Positions 33,841 through 46,148 of a stretch of DNA of 64,000 nt are shown here, piece by piece (position 1 is the stretch's first letter; each line of letters opens with the position of its first letter). Source of the stretch: the human T2T-CHM13v2.0 reference genome, Homo sapiens. A program made the translations under genes and the position numbers. Location of the stretch: positions 62,144,001-62,208,000 of the forward strand of contig CP086569.2 in assembly GCA_009914755.4 (NCBI GenBank). The letters are read 5' to 3'. The notes under the pieces are model-generated. The model saw only the letters and a program-made list of their open reading frames with translations. It did no database searches and was not told the origin of the DNA.

Positions 33841-36800
33841 TTACATGTCAACCAGTTGGCATATAAGGAGATCTGTCTCCAGCCTGGGAAGATTTTAAAA
33901 TAAGCAAACAAAGCATCTTATTTTTAGCCTTTGGGCATCTGCTTTTCCTTGGCTTGTTGGAGAGAGTGTTCCTAAGGGATTCCCTTTTTAAAAGTTGGGG
34001 GCATGAAGAAGAAAGTGCCAGAGGGAGACAGTGAAAGACTCCAAGAAAGCAGAGAAGACAAATAGAAAGGAGAAGAAAGTTAGAAGGAGGAGAAACCAAA
34101 GAGGCCAGGGAGAGGAAAGTAGGTGGCTGGGGAGAGAAAGTATAACAAGAATAAAGTTCATGAAGGTAGGATGGTTGGGGGAGACCTTGTAATACAGAGC
34201 TAAGAACTTTATTGAAGTTTAACAGAAAAGAAACCCTTGTTTGAAAGGAAGAGATTGGCTATATTTAGTACTGGGTAGGATGTCAGTTCTGAAAATAAAC
34301 TGCTCCCAGAACTGAAAGCAATCCTCTGCACTGTTGTCACCTGCAGCATGCTGGCCTCCCTTATAGAGGAGAGTGGAACATGGTCATATCAGCTACCTCA
34401 GAGTTTCTGACATTCACAAGGACTTGCCCCACTTTGTCTCCTTGTCCCATTCCTAAGTTTTAAAACTTCTGATTAATGAGAAAATAATTTATACAGCTGA
34501 GAAAAGTGAAGTATATGTTGGTGTGTATGTGGAGCAGGGAAGTATCCTGCTAAGTTAATACAGGAATCTAAACACCATGTGGCCAGGTGCTTAATGCAAT
34601 ATTCACCACATCCATGGTACACATCTGGCATACCACTGTAGACACAGGGACCTAGTCAGAAGTATGACAGGCCATATATAAAGATATATTTGAAGCATCC
34701 GATAGGTGTCATAGAGGTAAGTTCTCTATGCAGATGTCATGCTTGTGTGACTTAGGGAACTCACATAGGGCATGCAGATAGGCTCAGGTTAGGATACATT
34801 AGGAAAAGACAGAGAATTCATGATTTGAGCCATCAAAAACAGAATGCATGTGGAGGAGGATGGAAATGAGGAGAAAGTTTTCCTTTTCCAACAGGAATAA
34901 ATATAATTGTGTTCATAGGTACAATGCCATCTACTGCTCCTTTACAAGACACAGAGACTTACAGGTACATTTAGATACATACACACACAAATACAAACAA
35001 CATATGTTGTGTTGGGAAAATATAGGTGATGCCTTTCACTGAATGAGAAAAAAAAACTAGAAAATGGGTATTTTGATGGAACAAAATATAACTAGAATTC
35101 TAACTTCTAACTTTAATTCATCACTTCCACTATTACCACTCTCTCATCTAGACAGTTGCGATAGCTCCCTAATTGTTTTCCTGCTTCCAACATAAACCCC
35201 TCTTCTGAATATATACTCTACAGGGCAGCCAGAGAGATCTTTTTAAAATCACAAGTCATATTCTGTCATTCCTCTGCACAAAACCCTACAATATCTTCTC
35301 AGCTCACCCTGAGTAAAATGCAAAATATTTAACATGGTCTGCAAGACTCCACGTGATGTAACCCTCTGATACCTCTCTGGTTTCATTTACTACTAATCTT
35401 CCCTCACCCTTCCCACTCTAGGCATAGGCGTGCTGATCTCTTTGCTCCTCCTAGAACACATCAAGTACATTCTGGCCTCAGGGATTTGCATTTACTGTTT
35501 CCTCTCTGTGGGAGAAGCCTTCCCCATATAGCTGGATGGCTTGCTCCCTCACTTTGAGACTCACCTCAAATGTCACTTAGTGAGGGAGACTTTCCATAAC
35601 CATCATATATAAAATAGCAATTCTCCTCACCCTTTGTCATGTTTGATGGAGAAAGGAAGATAACGAGTACAGCCGTCTGATAGGTAGTTGGATATGTGGG
35701 TCTAGAGTTCAGCTAGAGGTCTGAGCCAGAGATGTAGATTTGGTATTTTCCATCACCCCAGGCAAGGAGAATAATGCTTGTAATGGTCTGGAGGTGATGG
35801 ATGTATCATGCTTTCTGCATGATACATCCAAGGATCATTTGGGACTTTTTGAAAATGCAGCTTCTCTGGGTCTCACTCAAGATCTCTGAACAAAAAATCT
35901 CTGGAGGCAAGGTTTAGGAGTATGTAGCTTGATAAAGTTCCATATATAATTCTGATGTGCAGCCCTGCCTGAGAATCACACTCTAAAAAGAAACACGCAC
36001 CTCCACCAAATTTACTAGTAATTCCAACAGAGTGGTCACATGAGATGGGTGCCCATCAGCAGTGGATTGGATAAACAAGTATATATTTCCTCCACATCTC
36101 AGTAAATGGAACAACTTTTCTTCATCCACACAGTCCCTACAATGATTCAGGCCACAGTCATCTCTGACTTGACTTATTGACAGATTCTATTGCAGTTTAT
36201 GTGTTTATATAACTGTATTTCTCTTCAGTATTAGGCCATTTTGGCTAGCCCATCATTATTTAACCCCTCTGTTCTTCTATCCATTTGTTTTAGCAGACTG
36301 TGAGTAATGAGAGGATGAAACGATTCATTTATTCGTTCAACCAATATGTATTGATAACCTACTACATGGCATACCATGTCACATTCATTTCCGTATCTCA
36401 CATATCAAGTATATTGCCTTACCTTAAGTATGTACTCCATATATGTTTGTTTTATATTCAAACTTACTGTGTCACAGATAAGGAAAATAGGGCCTAGAGA
36501 TGAAGAATGACTTGCTAAAGCCACACAGCAGGTAAGTCCAGTTTTCTCTACATAGAACCACTTTGTCCCTCCCTCACACACTTCCATTATTGGTAACATT
36601 GCTCCTAAACTATTTGTCAGCTTCTGTGGCAAAGAAATAATTATCTCCATCCCCATAGGCTTTTCAGTTAAGAATCTATGTTCCCTTGGCATTGCTTACA
36701 ATGCTGGTGTCACCACTGCTGAATCAGGATGTCCACAGATCAGCTTTTTATCTGGCACTTCTAAAGAGCTCCTGCTGACTTCAATAGAATATGGATAGAG

Positions 36801-37258
36801 CTGGCCTCCTATAGGAACTTTCAGGCTCTCAAATGGATTTGGGATGTGTCCTGGGAGAAAGAGAATGAGGAAAGACTTTCAGAATTTGTGTGGAAGCATG
36901 TGTTTTATAAAAACAAAACATGACAAAATGAGTTATAAGAGAGAATTGATTGGGTTTATGGATGAAGTTCCTGATAATGATTACTTTTGACACTATATTG
37001 GACTATCACATAAAGTTGGTTCTTTATGTCTAATCTATTTCCACTTGCTACAATTTAGTAAAAACCTAAATAAGTTTAGTACATTCTAGGAATATAAATA
37101 AGTCATGCAATGTGTAGCCTTCTAGAGAAAATTTCTGCTTCTAATTTGCTCAAGCTGAGCGTAAGGGACCCTCTTAGAATGGTTTAGAAACATGTTGTTT
37201 TGACATCTTTATATCTTTGTGCATGCCGTTTCTCTGCTCTCAATGGATCTTATTAATT

Positions 37259-37512
37259 CTTTTTTTTTTTTTTGACTCTTACACTGTTGCCCAGGCTGGA
37301 GTGCAGTGGCACAATCTCACTGCAACCTCTGCCTCCCGAGTAGCTGGGATTACAAGCGCCCACCATCACGCCCGGCTAATTTTTGTATTTTTAGTAGAGA
37401 CTGGGTTTTGCCATGTTGGCCAGGCTGGTCTCAAACTCCTGACCTCAAGTGATCCACCCACCTCGACCTCCCAAAATGCTGGGATTACAGGCATAAACCA
37501 TCACACCTGGCC
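37259..37512 (-). mobile_element. Alu SINE (reverse orientation; poly-T at left)
   Basis: TTTTTTTTTTTTTGACTCTTACACTGTTGCCCAGGCTGGAGTGCAGTGGCACAATCTCACTGCAACCTCTGCCTCCCGAGTAGCTGGGATTACA…GGGATTACAGGCATAAACCATCACACCTGGCC. Confidence 0.9.
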
Positions 37513-38279
37513 AAATTTATATTTAAATATCACTTTTTCTTGTAAGCATTTTATAATCTCCTCAATTACTGCATTAGGTATATTTCCTCTCTGCTCCTTT
37601 CCAAAACACATGTCACCCTTTGTTACATTTGTCTATTGGCTAGCTTTCCTACTAAATTATGAGCCCCTTGAAAACAGGGATTCATTTATTAATTATATAT
37701 TAACTAATAACATATCGCTATATATATATCTATATTAATAACATGTAACAAATTCATTTATTATTGTATCTTAATTTATTACTGTATCACCAGAGCCTGG
37801 TACAAAGCTGTCCCTCAATATATGTTTGCTGATTGTTGAATGAATCAAGGAGCTCCTAATTTAGTAAAGGAAATAGGCATGGAATCATGTAAATTATATT
37901 ACCATATGATGACGGCAAAAATAGAAGTATGTTTACCAGGTGAATTTATTTACTAATTCCTTTATTCCTCCATTCAACACACACAGAGGACTTCTGTCCC
38001 AAGTCTATTGGGAAACACAGAGAAGTAAGTAAGCCATTTAAATATAGTGCAGTACATGCTCTGACAACAGTTAAGTACATCCTCTATGACTCAATTGAAA
38101 AAAATACTTCCTCCAGGAAGCCTTCCTTGACTTCTTCAGATAGAGTTTGATTTCTCTTGTCTTTATCTCTCATCTGTATCCCTAAACTTTATGTGCTTTC
38201 TTCAAATATAATGAATATTATGTTCTACATCTATTGTAATCACTGGTTTTAATGTGTTTGACTTTTCCACAAGCCAATG

Positions 38280-38540
38280 AGCCCCTTGAGGGCAGAGCCA
38301 TTTTGATGCACACTGGAATAGAGTAGTAATCTCTCAGAAAATAATAGTAATGCCTACCATTTGTTGAGTGCCTATATTACTTATTACTTACATTATCTCA
38401 AGTCATTCTGTTTTCAACAAAGACTTTATTGTCCCTATTTTACAAATGAAGAAACTGAGGCTCAGAGGCTTAAGTAAGTTAACCAAGTATCACAAAACTA
38501 ATTTATGGAACTGGTTGTAAGCCCAGGTCTGACTTCCAAG
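38280..38540 (-). mobile_element. MIR SINE (reverse orientation)
   Basis: CCCTATTTTACAAATGAAGAAACTGAGGCTCAGAGGCTTAAGTAAGTTAACCAAGTATCACAAAACTAATTTATGGAACTGGTTGTAAGCCCAGGTCTGACTTCCAAGG is the reverse complement of the MIR core. Confidence 0.65.
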
Positions 38541-38742
38541 GCCTTAGCATAAGGATTGGCTTAGCTTTGGAATTGTTTTCTATAGTTACTATTTATTTGA
38601 ACCTTGAAGTACATTAAACTTAGGGGGACTCAGTTGGCAGATTCTTAACCAGGTTTCAGGTGCTTAGATCCTTTTTCAGCAGAGATAATTCCAGGTAAAA
38701 CTGTAACAGCGACAAAGTTTGTGTCTTTCTTTGACTCTAAAG

Positions 38743-39087
38743 CAGAGATCCCTAAACTTTTTGGCACCAGGGACCGGTTTTGTGGAAGACAATTTTTCCA
38801 CCACGGTGGTGGTAGGAGGGGATGGTTTGGAGATGAAACTTTTCCGCCTCAGATTGTCAGGCATTAGTTAGATTCTCATAAGGAGCATGCAGCTTAGACC
38901 CCTCTCCTGTGCAGCTCACAATAGGGTTCACGCTCCTATGAAAATCTAATGCCACTGCTGATTTGACAGGAGGTGGAGCTCAGGTAGTCATGCTCCCTCA
39001 GGGGCCACTCACCTCTTGCTGTGTGGCCTGGTTCCTAACAGGCCGCCGACCCCTACCGGTCCATGGTCTGCGGGCTGGGGACCCATG
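38743..39087. mobile_element. MER1-type non-autonomous hAT (Charlie) DNA transposon with an 8-bp TSD
   Basis: Termini CAGAGATCCCTAAACTTTTTGGCACCAGGGACCGGTTTTGTGGAAGACAATTTTTCCAC… and …CCTACCGGTCCATGGTCTGCGGGCTGGGGACCCATG are inverted repeats of MER1 type (CAGGGGTCCCCAACC). Flanked by CTCTAAAG (38735-38742) and CTTTAAAG (39088-39095), consistent with an 8-bp hAT TSD. Confidence 0.6.
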
Positions 39088-39574
39088 CTTTAAAGTACAT
39101 GCCATGATTTGGTCCAAAATGTCAATCCTTATACATTTTCCTGGAATTTGTCTCTAATATTGAATGCTTTTAAACTTCCTTCTTCATTTATTTTTTCCCA
39201 TTGACTCCTTCCTTTCACTTGAAAATCCACTGGGTTATCCTGTGTTGAAATCTTATAACTCTGCCATGATTTTTTAGTTTCCTCTCAACATACTGAGATT
39301 TGACATTTTACCCCACCACCAAAACCATTTTCAATAAGTCACCAATACCCTATGGGGCTAAATTCATTGAATACTTTAAATTACCTATCCTAATTTCTCT
39401 TCACTATTAGCCCATTTTGACTACCCCATCTTTATTGAAACTCTCTCTGCTCTTCTGTGACAATGTGTATCCTGATTCCTTTCTAACATCTGCTTACTCC
39501 TTCTCTTGTTTCTTCACTGATTCTTCTTATTTTAATTTCAATTTCATTTTAGATTCAAAAAAAACAGAATTTGT

Positions 39575-40035
39575 TCTTTTTCATGGCTGCATAGTATTCC
39601 ATGGTGTATATGTGCCTTATTTTCTTTATCCAGTCTACCACTGATGGGCACCTAGGTTGATTCCATGTCTTTGCTATTGTGAATAGTACTGTGATGAACA
39701 GGCACATGCATGTGTCTTTTTGGTAGAACTATTTATTTTCCTTTGGTTATATACCCAATAGTGGGATTGCTGGGTCGAATGGTAGTTCTATTTTAAGCTT
39801 TTTGAGAAATCTCCAAACTGCTTTCCAAAGTAGTTGAACTAATTTACATTCTCAACAACAGTGCATAAGTGTTCCCTTTTCTCTGCAGCCTTGCCAGCAC
39901 CTATTTTTTTTTTTTTTTTACTTTTTAATAGTAGCCATTCTGACTGGTGTGAGATGGTATCTCATTGTGGTTTTGATTTGCATTTTTCTGATTAGTGATA
40001 TGGAGCATTTTTTCATATGTTTGTTGGCTATATGA
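39575..40035 (-). mobile_element. LINE-1 ORF2 3' fragment (reverse orientation)
   Basis: TTCATGGCTGCATAGTATTCCATGGTGTATATGTGCC…TCTACCACTGATGGGCACCTAGGTTGATTCCATGTCTTTGCTATTGTGAATAGTACTG…ATTCTGACTGGTGTGAGATGGTATCTCATTGTGGTTTTGATTTGCATTTTTCTGAT. Confidence 0.85.
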
Positions 40036-40844
40036 TTCTTCTTTATCCTTTTGCTCTCTAACTGTTCCACATGGTAACACAGTCCTTTTCACTCTCCCTT
40101 TCCTCTACCTCAGCAATTTCATCCATTTTCAAAACTCCAATGATCTCTTTCGTGTTAACAAGCCTTAAAATTCCTCAAGTTCCTCTCCTGTCTTGTCACT
40201 TAAATTCTAGTACCATATCTCTAACTTTGTACCAAATATTCCTACTTGAAAATGTCTCATCTTTACCTCAAATTCAACACTTCTAAAGAATAACTCAAAG
40301 ATCTCATTATCTTCCCTATTTATGGTATAGTGAAAGGAATACTAGACCAAGTGTCAGGAGACTTGGATTCTACTCCTGGCTCTGCCACTAACTTGGTATT
40401 TCCTGGTTTTTCTCAACAAGAGTTTATCTTATGAAAATCACAGTAAACAGTACTTTGAAGGGGTCATATATGAATCTTCAAGGAGCTAATTCTAGTTGGA
40501 AAGATAAGACATATACATAAGTTACTACAGTACAAATTAAAAAGTGATAAATACCGTAAGAGAAGTATAACTACATTGTCATGAGAGTTCAGAGGTATTT
40601 CTGGATGATGAGACAATGAATTATATTGTAGAGAAAATAATATTTGATGTAGTCTTTGGACTATTTGGAGGCAGAAACAATAATACCTGATTCATTTATG
40701 AGTGGAGGCTAACAGAGAGAAAGGTTAAATAGATGCTAAAGCTTCAAACTTGTGTAACTAAAGCATTTGTGATGTCATCTCAAATAAAAGAGAAATCAGG
40801 ATGAGCAGGTAGCTTGTGGTTTTGAATACAATTTTATAATTGAG

Positions 40845-41445
40845 GTTGGTCTCACACCAGTCCGAATGGCTATTATTAAGAAGTCAAAAATCAACAGATG
40901 TTGGCAAGGCTGCAGATAAAAGAGTATGCTTATACACTGTTGGTGGGAATATAAATATAAATTAGTTCAACCACTGTAGAAAGCAGTTTGGAGGTTTCTC
41001 AAAAAAAACTTAAAACAGAACCACCATTCAACCCAGCAATCCTAATATTGGGTATATATCCAAAGGAAAATAAATCATTCTACCAGAAAGACACATGCAC
41101 TCATATGTTCTTTGCAGCACTATTCACAATGGCAAAGACATGGAATCAATCAACCTGGGTGCCCATCAGCAGTGGATTGGATAAAGAAAATATGGTACAC
41201 CATGGAATACTATGCAGCCACAAAAAAGAACAAAATCATGTTCTTCGCTGCAACATGGATGCAGCTGGAGGCCATTTTCCTAAGTGAAATAATACAGGAA
41301 CAACAAAAAAAAACCCCTCATGTTCTCACTTATAAGTGGGAGCTTAACATTGGGTACTCAGGGACATAAAGATGGCAATTGGGTAGCCTGCTTACTACCT
41401 GGGTGACAGGATTAATCATACCCCAGCCAAAGTTCTTTACAACTC
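40845..41445 (+). mobile_element. LINE-1 3'-end fragment (L1PB/L1MA-like)
   Basis: Translations 40988-41287 / 41112-41369 (…NPAILILGIYPKENKSFYQKDTCTHMFFAALFTMAKTWNQS…; …IMFFAATWMQLEAIFLSEIIQEQQKKTPHVLTYKWELNIGYSGT) are the canonical L1 ORF2 C-terminus/3'UTR. Confidence 0.85.
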
Positions 41446-43429
41446 TAATATCATATATTTATTCCTTTAAACTGACCTCCCCCTTCCAACTTCTCAGTAT
41501 GCAATGGTATCATATTCAACTGAAAACATCTCATCCTTACTTCCCATTCTCACTGTCAATTCCCTAACCAGGCCCTTATCATCTTCTGTTTAGATTACTC
41601 CAAAATACCCCAATTTGGCTGACCTGACTCTAGTATCTCCCCACTCCTATATATCATGCCCAGTGTATCTTTCTTAAATGTGGCTTATTTTCATATTTTA
41701 TTCCTTTGTTCTAAAATTTATTTCTAATTCCCAGAGCATTAAGTCTAAATTGCCTGTCATTCGAGTTATTCTCCAGCACTATATATTCCAATCCTCTCTT
41801 CAATATACCTCTTACATAAGACAGTTTGAATGTTTCACTCTTTGCAGACTCCATGCACATTGCTACCAATCCAGATTTCCATGTGAATTCCTTCATGTGA
41901 ATTATATATGGTTATTCATTTTCTGCCCAGATCTCAATTCCTCTTTGAATCCTTACCTATCTAATTTATTTCAACATTTGTAACTCCTTCATCACTTTCA
42001 CCCATGCCCTAGTCTCTTTTTCAGTATGCTCTGTTAGATATACTCTCCCTTCTTTCAATATGTTTTTGAGTTAACTGTCATATCAGAAATGATCTGAACA
42101 ACCGGTTACTACAAAGCATGGAAAGGTGTATTTTATTCATTACAAAATCATAACTCAGAGGTTTCTAAAACAGACTTAGTAAAGAAGATATTTCCAAGGC
42201 AGGGTGACTTTTCTGGTGTCCTTCAAGGTTACTTATTTATTTATTGAAAATCAATGGCTTTCAGAAATAGATGTGTTGATCTGTGCTGAGACAATATATC
42301 CAAATTCAACTGGAATTGAATTAATGTCAGCAAGGTGCCTTAAAAAGAGAAAGAAGGCATTGGATTGGGAAACAGGAGACCTGTGTTCACTACTAGGCCC
42401 AATGCTGCCACTTACTAGCTGTATGATCTTGGACAACTCAATGAATCTGTCAAAATATGTTTTCTGAAGAGTACACCATTAACTAAGGAGCTAAGAAAAC
42501 AAATTTTCTGAAGTGCACTGCTACAACAATCTAACAAGTTTGTAAAAGAAGTTGTCTGGCAATACATAGTGAGTTTTGTAATGTCTCAACATCAAATTTC
42601 TGTATATAATTGTACTATAGTGATAGCCTATCAAAAATCACGGAACTTCGAGTTGTCTTTTAGAAACAAAACAGCTTAAAGAACAAATAAAGATATTCAT
42701 GTAGATTTCCAAAAATTGGTTATCCATTCATTCAATAAGTATTAATTTAGTGATCAGTATGCTAGGCCTTGGGGATGTGGCAGTGAAGACAAATATAATA
42801 AATATTATATCTGCCCTCAAAGAGATCACTGTCTAAATTGGGAGACAGACAATTATAATAAAGTGTGATAAGTTCTGCAATGATGGTAAGCACAAAGGGG
42901 GCCTCTGGAGCACAAAGAAGAGGACAAATCTGTTCTAAACTGGTCTTTTGAAGAGAGAGGTGATTAGGCAAGGCTTTTCCTGCAATAAGTGACTGCTAGG
43001 CCTATAGGATATTCAGGAATATTATCTTAGTCTTATTGGGCTACTGTAACAAAATACCTTTGACTAGATAACTTATAAACAACAGAAATGTATTTCTTAC
43101 AGTTGTAAAGGCTGGGAAGTCCAAGATTAAGGTGTTACCAGTGTCTGGGGGAGTCCGACTTCCTCATAGACAGCACCTTCTCACTGTGTCCTCACATGAT
43201 GGAAGTGCCAAGGCAGGTCTTCGGGGCCTCTTTTATAAGAGAACTAATCCCATTCATGAGGGCTCCACATACATTATTTAGTCACCTCCCAAAGGCCCCA
43301 CCTCCTAATATTATCATATTGGTAGATAGGTTTCAACACAGGAATTTTGGAGAGACACAAATATTCAGACCATAGCATTTACCAAATAATTTTTAAAAGT
43401 TAGAACAAAAATCCCTGAAGGGATTTGCA

Positions 43430-43700
43430 GATGGTTGGATACTGTGGTATAGTGGTTAAAAGTACAAGCTCTGGAGTGAGACAGCCTGAGTCAGCCTGAG
43501 TTAAAATCCTAGATCTGCAAACTGCCAACTGTGTAACCTTGGACAAGTTACTTAAGGTCTTTGGACCTTGGTTTCTCATTTTAAAAATCAGTATAATTCA
43601 TTAATATGCCTCATAGGTTTGTTGTGAGAATTAAATAGGTTAAAACATGTAAAATTCATAGAACAGCACCTGGCAAAGAGTAAACATGTCACCCTGCCCA
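43430..43700 (+). mobile_element. MIR SINE
   Basis: GTGGTATAGTGGTTAAAAGTACAAGCTCTGGAGTGAGACAGCCTGAG…CTGTGTAACCTTGGACAAGTTACTTAAGGTCTTTGGACCTTGGTTTCTCATTTTAAAAATCAG…TCATAGGTTTGTTGTGAGAATTAAATAGG…CACCTGGCAAAGAGTAAACATG. Confidence 0.7.
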
Positions 43701-44289
43701 CTTGAATGTCAATTCCAGGAGCGCAGGAAATCTAGCTGTTGAATTACTAGCCTTTAGTGAGTGGCCCATAGCAGGCATGGTTGAATGAATGAATGATCAT
43801 CAATTTAACTTTTTTTGTCATGGGTATCATCCTAAGAGGTAAGAAGGCTGAATAATCCCAATTGTTTTCATTGTTGCCTTAATATAGGCCCACAGAGTAA
43901 AGGAGGGAAAGGAATTAGGCAACCCAGCTATTCAACTTTAAAGCTAGACTTTAAAACATAAAAGGGCTTCAAATTGAAATCATCTCTTGCCTCTCCTATG
44001 GGTTACATTAGAGCAAGAACAATTTCTTAACATTCATAGCTACTATTCATGGGGTGCTTGCTATATGCCAGAGAGGTTAATTGAATTGCCTCAAGGGAGG
44101 TAGCTCCCAGGTTGAGGAGCAAAAATTTGAACCCTGATCTATTTGACCTGAATCTAGTTAGTACAGTGCTTGACACATAGTTAATGTGCAATAAATATTT
44201 GTTGAATAAGTGTAGATGAACCTACAGTGAATCACAAAAGAGAATTTACAGGAGATTTCCTGACTAGAAATTCCAAATGGGAAAAGAGA

Positions 44290-44420
44290 GCTGGATTTGT
44301 TTAGAAATTACACACACGCACATACACAGGCATGCACGCATGCACACACACATATACCTACATACATGTCATCACAACTGTTTGGAGCACCTTAAACACA
44401 TACATACACACAGGAGCATG
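44290..44420. repeat. CA-rich imperfect simple repeat (CACA/CATG/CATA motifs)
   Basis: CACACACGCACATACACAGGCATGCACGCATGCACACACACATATACCTACATACATG…CACATACATACACACAGG. Confidence 0.7.
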
Positions 44421-45279
44421 CAGACCCACACAGCCGTACTTTTTTAAATCTCATTATTTCTTTTGTCTTCTTAACACATCTGAGAGAGGGTAAATGACAG
44501 AGTGTCAGAGGTAGAAAGGACGTTAGCAATTACCTAATCAGATCCCCTCATGTTAATGTAAAAATTGACACTCTAGAGGGGAAGAAAATTGCTAAGGTCA
44601 CACAAGGAGTCAGAATAAGATTAAGAGTCTCAGTTTCCTGACTCACACAGTTTGTTTTACTCTGAACTGTCACCATTTACCATCTCAATTTTATAGATGA
44701 GGTAACCAAAGCATCCTAAGAATGCTGATGGCCAAGCTCCTGCCACTTGTCCATTGAAATAGGACTTGAAATCAGATCTCCTTTATTTTAAATATAAAGC
44801 TGCTGTCATCCAAGTTCTTCTGTCTGGATGCCCAGAAGAAAGATCCTTTCCTATTGAATTAAATAGTGGACTGAGGGTAATTTACAGAAAGCTTTGTCCT
44901 TGGCTTTAAGAGAAAATGTCCAAGGCTGCTTTATTTTCAGTCCCAGGGAGGCTGCATGAAGGCAGGAATCCACAACACCTAGCACAAAGGAAGGTACTCA
45001 ATAAATATTTGTTGTTGAATGCATGCCATGCTAAAGGGAAAGTAGGTTGGGTAATGGTTTCCCAGTGGCAATGGATGGGCTGAAAAAGTGGGAACACATG
45101 AGGAAGAGGTGGGAGGAACCCTTAAACAAAGGAGAAGCTCTTTCTCTTCATCTTATTGAAGCTGCAATCACTCGGCACAGGCTGAGTAGATTGGTAGAAA
45201 TGTGATTGGCAAAGATATTTAAATGAGACCTCCTTAAAATTGTTACTCTCCACCCCACCCCCACGTTCCTTTAAATTTT

Positions 45280-45700
45280 GTTTCAGTCATTACCCAGGGA
45301 CCGGATACAGAGATTCCTATGGGGAGTTTTAATGGGTCGATTCAATTTCATCTGGATGACGCCACTTCGCCAAGCATTAAGAGCTACAGCTCCGGGAAAG
45401 CCAACGACACGCGGGGGGAGGGGGGAGAGAAAGAAATTATAACGAGGAGCAATAAATCCCTTCTTTCCCATCCTCCCCTATAACCCATTCACAAGACCTC
45501 CAGAAATCATCTACATTCACAAAACGGCCAGCTAGCTAAGCTGAACACACTGCCAACTCACTCCCTGCCCCCACTGCAGATTATATACCAACACACCCTG
45601 AGCCATATAAATAATCACACACTGGCGGTATCTATTGCTCCGTTGAGATACCCTGTGTCTACAACTGCAGTTTCTGCTGCTTCGGTTCATCTGTCAGATT
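45280..45700 (+). promoter_or_regulatory. SPRY3: Putative SPRY3 core promoter: CpG-containing GC box region plus a TATAAATA box ~90 bp upstream of the polypurine tract
   Basis: GGGGGGAGGGGGGAGAG (Sp1-like) at ~45411-45427 with several CpGs (ACGCCACTTCGCCA, CGACACGCGGGG). Perfect TATAAATA at 45606-45613 in the + orientation, ~0.74 kb upstream of the exon-1 splice donor. Confidence 0.4.
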
Positions 45701-45999
45701 GGAGGAGAGGGAGACCAAGGTGGAGGCGGAGGCGGAGGCGAAAGAGGAGGGGGAGGAGGTAAAGGAGGAAGAAGGGGAGGAGGGAAAGGGGAGGGCAAGA
45801 GGAGGGGAAGGAAAATACTGGAGGGGGAGGGGGAAGAGAAACAGGAGGAGGAGGAGAAGGGGGAGGAGAAAGAGGCGGAGGAGGAGGAGAAAGAAGAGGA
45901 GGAGGAGAAAGAGGAGGAGGAGGAGAGAGAGGAGGAGGAGGAGAGAGAGGAGGAGGAGGAGAGAGAGGAGGAGGAGGAGAAAGAGGAGGAGGTGAACAA
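45699..45999 (+). repeat. ~300-bp polypurine (GGA)n/(GAGGAG)n/(GGAGAGA)n tract, a potential H-DNA/triplex-forming mirror repeat
   Basis: Near-pure purine run on the + strand (e.g. 45880-45990 is 100% A/G: GAAAGAAGAGGAGGAGGAGAAAGAGGAGGAGGAGGAGAGAGAGGAGGAGGAGGAGAGAGAGG…). It produces a spurious poly-Ser ORF (-) and an Arg/Glu-rich ORF (+). Confidence 0.95.
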
Positions 46000-46104
46000 C
46001 TTACCCTGCTGAGCTTTCTTTGGGAAATACGTCCATCAAGATTTAGATCTGCCTGTAAAATCTATACAAAGTATATGCCACTACAGGTTTGACTCGCCCC
46101 CTCC

Positions 46105-46148
46105 CCCGTTTTTTTGTTTTGTTTTGTTTTGTTTTGTTTTGTTTTGTG
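46105..46148. repeat. (GTTTT)n pentanucleotide repeat
   Basis: CCCCCGTTTTTTTGTTTTGTTTTGTTTTGTTTTGTTTTGTTTTGTGTTTTC. Confidence 0.9.

Noticed and set aside
37217-37738. 173-aa + strand ORF
   Set aside because: Runs through an antisense Alu ([69 protein letters not shown] is the classic Alu-antisense pseudo-peptide) and a (TA)n tract.
45694-45999. Two ~100-aa ORFs (minus-strand poly-Ser; plus-strand Arg/Glu/Lys-rich) overlapping each other
   Set aside because: Both are direct translations of the (GGA)n/(GAGGAG)n polypurine repeat in different frames. Extreme low complexity, no start context, mutually overlapping. Repeat artefacts, not genes.
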